Assembly: GCA_047495785.1 (NCBI GenBank)
Contig: JBLDXI010000055.1
Location: 1,302,001 to 1,366,000, forward strand
Reading direction: 5' to 3'
From: Lepidodermella squamata
Lineage: Eukaryota > Animalia > Gastrotricha
DNA: 64,000 bases
Below, piece after piece: positions 60,317-64,000 of this stretch; position 1 is the first letter of the stretch; the number at the start of each line of letters is the position of its first letter. The notes beneath the pieces were generated by a model that made no database searches, had not been told where the DNA came from, and worked only from the letters and a program-made list of their open reading frames with translations. Made by a program: the position numbers and the translations under genes.

Positions 60317-60445
60317 TGCTGGCTAATTGACACTGAAATTTCCGTAATATTTGTCAAATAAATGATTTAGTGCCACTGTAGTAAAAGCAACTAAGCTACT
60401 ATCACAACCGTAGTTAAAAACAAGCATCTTCTTCAAAAGTACACC

Positions 60446-60523
60446 TGCTAAGTTCCAACAAGCAACATTCAAACTATTGAACCCTCAGACAATAGTTTGA
60501 ATGTTGCTTGTTGGAACTTAGCA
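60446..60523. repeat. Perfect hairpin, 34-bp arms, 10-nt loop
   Basis: TGCTAAGTTCCAACAAGCAACATTCAAACTATTG at 60446-60479 and its reverse complement at 60490-60523. Confidence 0.85.
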
Positions 60524-62169
60524 AATTTTTCTAATCCTGCCATCTATGATGGGATAAAGGTCGGAGATTTTTTTAATCTTTCCTTTATCTTTGATTACCG
60601 CGTACTTTCAAGAAGTTAAGTGCTGTCTCTTAACAAAATGCATAAAAACTGCGCTATTTCAGTGCTTTATATAGGGTAGGGGAGGGATGGGCTTAGTCAC
60701 CAGCCTGTCAAACAGCGCTATTAACTGATTGGCTCAGGCAGGATAAAGGCCCAAACAATCATCAAATCCATCGCTGATTGGACGAATGCGTGCCTGGAAC
60801 AGTTTTTTCTAGAACTGTTAAAATTACTGATCATTGACATTGCAAGGGCAAATAGGATATCGCAAAAGGCAGAGGGCAAGTTCTTGTGAATACGACTTTT
60901 GGATAAAACTTTAGCCGAAAAAACGCTTGGATGGGATAAAGCTCGGGATTTTGAAAAAAATTTGCTACCCTTGAGGGTTGGGGGTTGGCAAACTAATATT
61001 AAAATTGATAGTGTTTACTGTTTACTGTTCACTTTTCACATAAGTAACTCTAATCGTCTTTCGTTCTTTCGATCGTACAAAATAAACAATTGGACGCTTT
61101 GGCACCCGAAAACACAATAAACTCGACACTAGGGCTTACCTTTGCCCAATGGCTGAATTTGTTTCCTGGGGGTTTTCCTTCAGCCTTCAGCCTTCAAAAA
61201 ACAGATTCCTTCAAAAGCAGGCAGGCAACTACGCTACTAACATCCCGAGCGTCATTTGATTGAATTTTTATCAACGTAAGTATTATCAAAGTAAGAAAGT
61301 AAATCCGCGTTAGAAAGCACTGTGCTCAGAAAGCGGCCGCTTTCTAAGCAGCAGTCGGTACGGCAGTGTGCACAGAAAACACTGCTTTCTAAGCAAAATG
61401 CAAAATGCTTGCCAGGCACTACTAGTGTCTAAGCTGAGGCCGGATTTGCCCAACGTCCAAGGGAAAATCACAGTGAAACCGCGTGCAATCATCGATGCTA
61501 TGATCCATCAATGGGACCCGATCGATTTCGATCACCCACCATCCAGTGCTTCGAAGAATTCACAGTCAAGCCAATCGAGCCAATTCAACGAACTGATTTC
61601 TTTCCTATAAGACGATATGAACGATTTGAGTGTCATCAACTCTCTCAACGACTCTTACTCTCTCGACTGAGCTCTCTAGATCGTACAATAATGCCCAGCT
61701 CCGTCTCCCGCAAGCGCACGCTACAGGGCCTCATTGCTTCTTCGTCCGAAAAGTCTACGGCGGCCGCATCGTCGTCATTGACAAACGCCGCCTTGTCTTC
61801 TCCATCATCATCCGCCGACACCTCTTCATCCCGAGCGCCCAAGTTCCACAGAAAAAATTGGCCATGAAGTGCGGAGACCCGGCCGCCGGCGACATGTGAC
61901 CTGCCCAAGTTTGAAGACAAATATAGCGCCAAAAGAGGTGCTTTTCACCTAAAAATATGCAAAAGTTGCAATAAATAAAGAAAAAATATAAAAAAGTTAA
62001 TAATACTTTTGATTTTTTATATGCAAATTTATGCAAATCAGGTGTCTTTATTCATGATTACTGTCGTATTAAAATCTGGGCTGCTGGCATACCTTCTTTT
62101 GAGCTCCGGATGACTTCACGTCCTAAATAATTTTTCAGTTCCCAAGTAAAGTATTCAATCTTAACAAAT

Positions 62170-62583
62170 ATGTCCTTCAGCGGCAATGATCTAGCGGAAG
62201 AAGCGACTGTAATTGATGCACGCAAAAACGCGCAGTTGTTTGAATTAGCTCGGCAGATGAGTGCAAAGACTTCTCAGTTCATCGAAGGCGAGATGCGAGC
62301 TGGTTGTCAGTCATATGCTATGCTTGAGGAAATGAACAAAGCTGCTTCCCGTAAGTATGAGGAGCAGAGATTGCTTGTCGATGGAATTACCGAATCGATC
62401 GATGAAGTTAACGAGAAACACCATGCCGTGATTCAACCACTGTTAAAGCAGTTGGACCATTTAGAAGTTGGCGTCACTTCTCTCGAAAAGTCAGCTGAAC
62501 AGCTCGACGAATGGTCAAAACTTCTTGAGCTTCGAATGAAGGAATGGGAAAAGCGATTGCTTACAGCCGCCCATCAGCAATGA
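62170..62583 (+). CDS. BLOC1S2: BLOC-1 subunit 2, intronless
   Basis: LARQMSAKTSQFIEGEM..YAMLEEMNK..KYEE..QPLLKQLD.LE..V..LE..A..LDEWSK.LE. Confidence 0.85.
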   Translation: MSFSGNDLAEEATVIDARKNAQLFELARQMSAKTSQFIEGEMRAGCQSYAMLEEMNKAASRKYEEQRLLVDGITESIDEVNEKHHAVIQPLLKQLDHLEVGVTSLEKSAEQLDEWSKLLELRMKEWEKRLLTAAHQQ

Positions 62584-62803
62584 TGCACTATATTTCCACC
62601 ATGACGTGCTAATATTTCGATTCTCCATTTCTTTGATTGTCTATCGAAATGCTTTCATATGATTGCTTTTGTATCGTTAACTGTCAATCTAGTGCTTGTT
62701 ATTTTCCGTGAACATTAAAATATGACGTATTTGGCTTCATTATGTTCTTACTATTATTTCTTTGCTTAGGCCGTTCTTAATAATTAGCTGAGCATGTAGC
62801 GAA

Positions 62804-64000
62804 ATGGGATATTTTCACCAAATCAAGTTGCTTCTTTGGAAGAACTATCTAGTCAAGAGAAGGCTACCGGTAAGAACTTTTGTAAAATTTGTTCTCTTGC
62901 ACATTTTTTCTATTTTAGCACATATTGTTCCTTGAAACATTCATCCCATTTGTCCTTTTCGTTATTCTTGGACTCATACGGCAACATGAGTTACCCATCC
63001 CGACGCATACTGGTTTGTTACTTTGATTTTTGCTTGAATTATTTGTTGATTTTCCATTTTCCAGGTTTTATCCCAGCTAAGGCTTTGCCTTCCTCCGGTA
63101 TCGTTTCCGTGATGCAAACATTCTGTTATGGAGAGAGCGATTTTCACTTCGATGGCAATGGACTTCCGAAGCTTCCTGAAAACTCCACGTACGTCTATTG
63201 TGTGTTTCGGCGCAAGGTCTCAAATTGTATCCCTAACTTTCAGATTATTTGTGTGGCTTGGCAAAGTCAACAACGTTGTGAAGGGTCATTACACTTTGTT
63301 CGCCAACTACACAGTGGAGCTGTTTGATCAGATTCCATCAAATTACGAGGAAGATGTTGACCACTACAGCAAAGTTTATCAGCGCTTTGGCGAACTTGAA
63401 AGTGAGTTATTTATATTGGCTAAGATCCAAAGTAACTCGCATTTTCACGTTGATAGATGCGACTGGCAATAACATCGAAAGCAGCAATTATATTGACGGC
63501 AGTTCAAGTTCTTACTCTGGCTCATTTATTCCGTTAAATTTAACGCAGTCTCCATTGTTGTCTAATAATACTAAAGTGGAGGGCTTGATCAGTCGAATCA
63601 ATAATAATAGTCTGACTGTCACCGATGCCATGTCGCTAGTATCATTGCTGAGGCATGGAGCCAACTTCTCTTCTGGAGGCGATGTTTTTTCGAAGCACAA
63701 TGTTGCGAAACTTTTTGTGGTTTGTTGTCTCCTAGCTTCAGTATCTACATTTTCATTTGAAAACATTTCAGCCTCTTCTCAGCCGGAAAGAACTTCAGGG
63801 CTCATTCTTGTCCAAAGAGATGATTCTCCGAATCGCGAACCGTACTGGCGCGAATGCAACTCTTTTGCTGGACAAATTCAGCTCTGACAAGGATCTGAAT
63901 GCGTTGAGCGAAGAAAATGACGGGGATTTCTCCGATGAAGTGCTTTCAGAATTCATCGATTACGATATGTTAGCTGATGCTTTGAACGTCACCAACAAAA
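62804..64000 (+). CDS. ABCA-family transporter (ABCA2/ABCA1-like), 5' exons only, runs off the window
   Basis: MGYFHQIKLLLWKNYLVKRRLP/..LETFIPFVLFVILGLIRQ../..ALPSSGIVSVMQTFC. Confidence 0.85.

Noticed and set aside
61148-61932. Possible spliced gene or MITE around 61310-61410
   Set aside because: Upstream frames contain stops, there is no family motif, and the inverted repeats are short and imperfect with no TSD.

Overview
Eukaryotic (animal, probably protostome) genomic DNA from a very compact genome with ~45-70-bp introns. The centrepiece is a complete, apparently intact 18,730-bp Polinton/Maverick (29502-48231) with a 6-bp TSD (CATGTA), AGTAGT termini and 74-bp core TIRs. It sits between the convergent host genes dissatisfaction-like nuclear receptor and tryptophan hydroxylase. 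The element is unusually intron-rich: I reconstructed 24 short GT-AG introns by hand, 15 of them in the pPolB gene, and each spliced CDS comes out in frame. Beyond the core module (pPolB, integrase, ATPase, protease, major/minor capsid, core proteins) it carries a TATA-binding-protein homologue, a tandem PC4-like protein and an F-box-like/ankyrin protein. E2F-consensus sites occur in both termini and at the pPolB 5' end. Left of the element are a catalytically substituted cathepsin L, two intronless GRB2-derived SH3-SH2 genes ending in a retropepsin-like domain, an SLC5 transporter with an N-terminal extension and several secreted G/A/N-rich proteins. The same flank holds four divergent single-domain Schlafen/AlbA_2 genes and a degenerate GalNAc-T-like gene. 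Right of the element are TPH, an EF-hand protein, a membrane protein, MRPS6, a LINE ORF1 remnant, tiny palindromic elements, BLOC1S2 and the 5' part of an ABCA transporter. All family calls come from motif recognition by eye; no searches were run.
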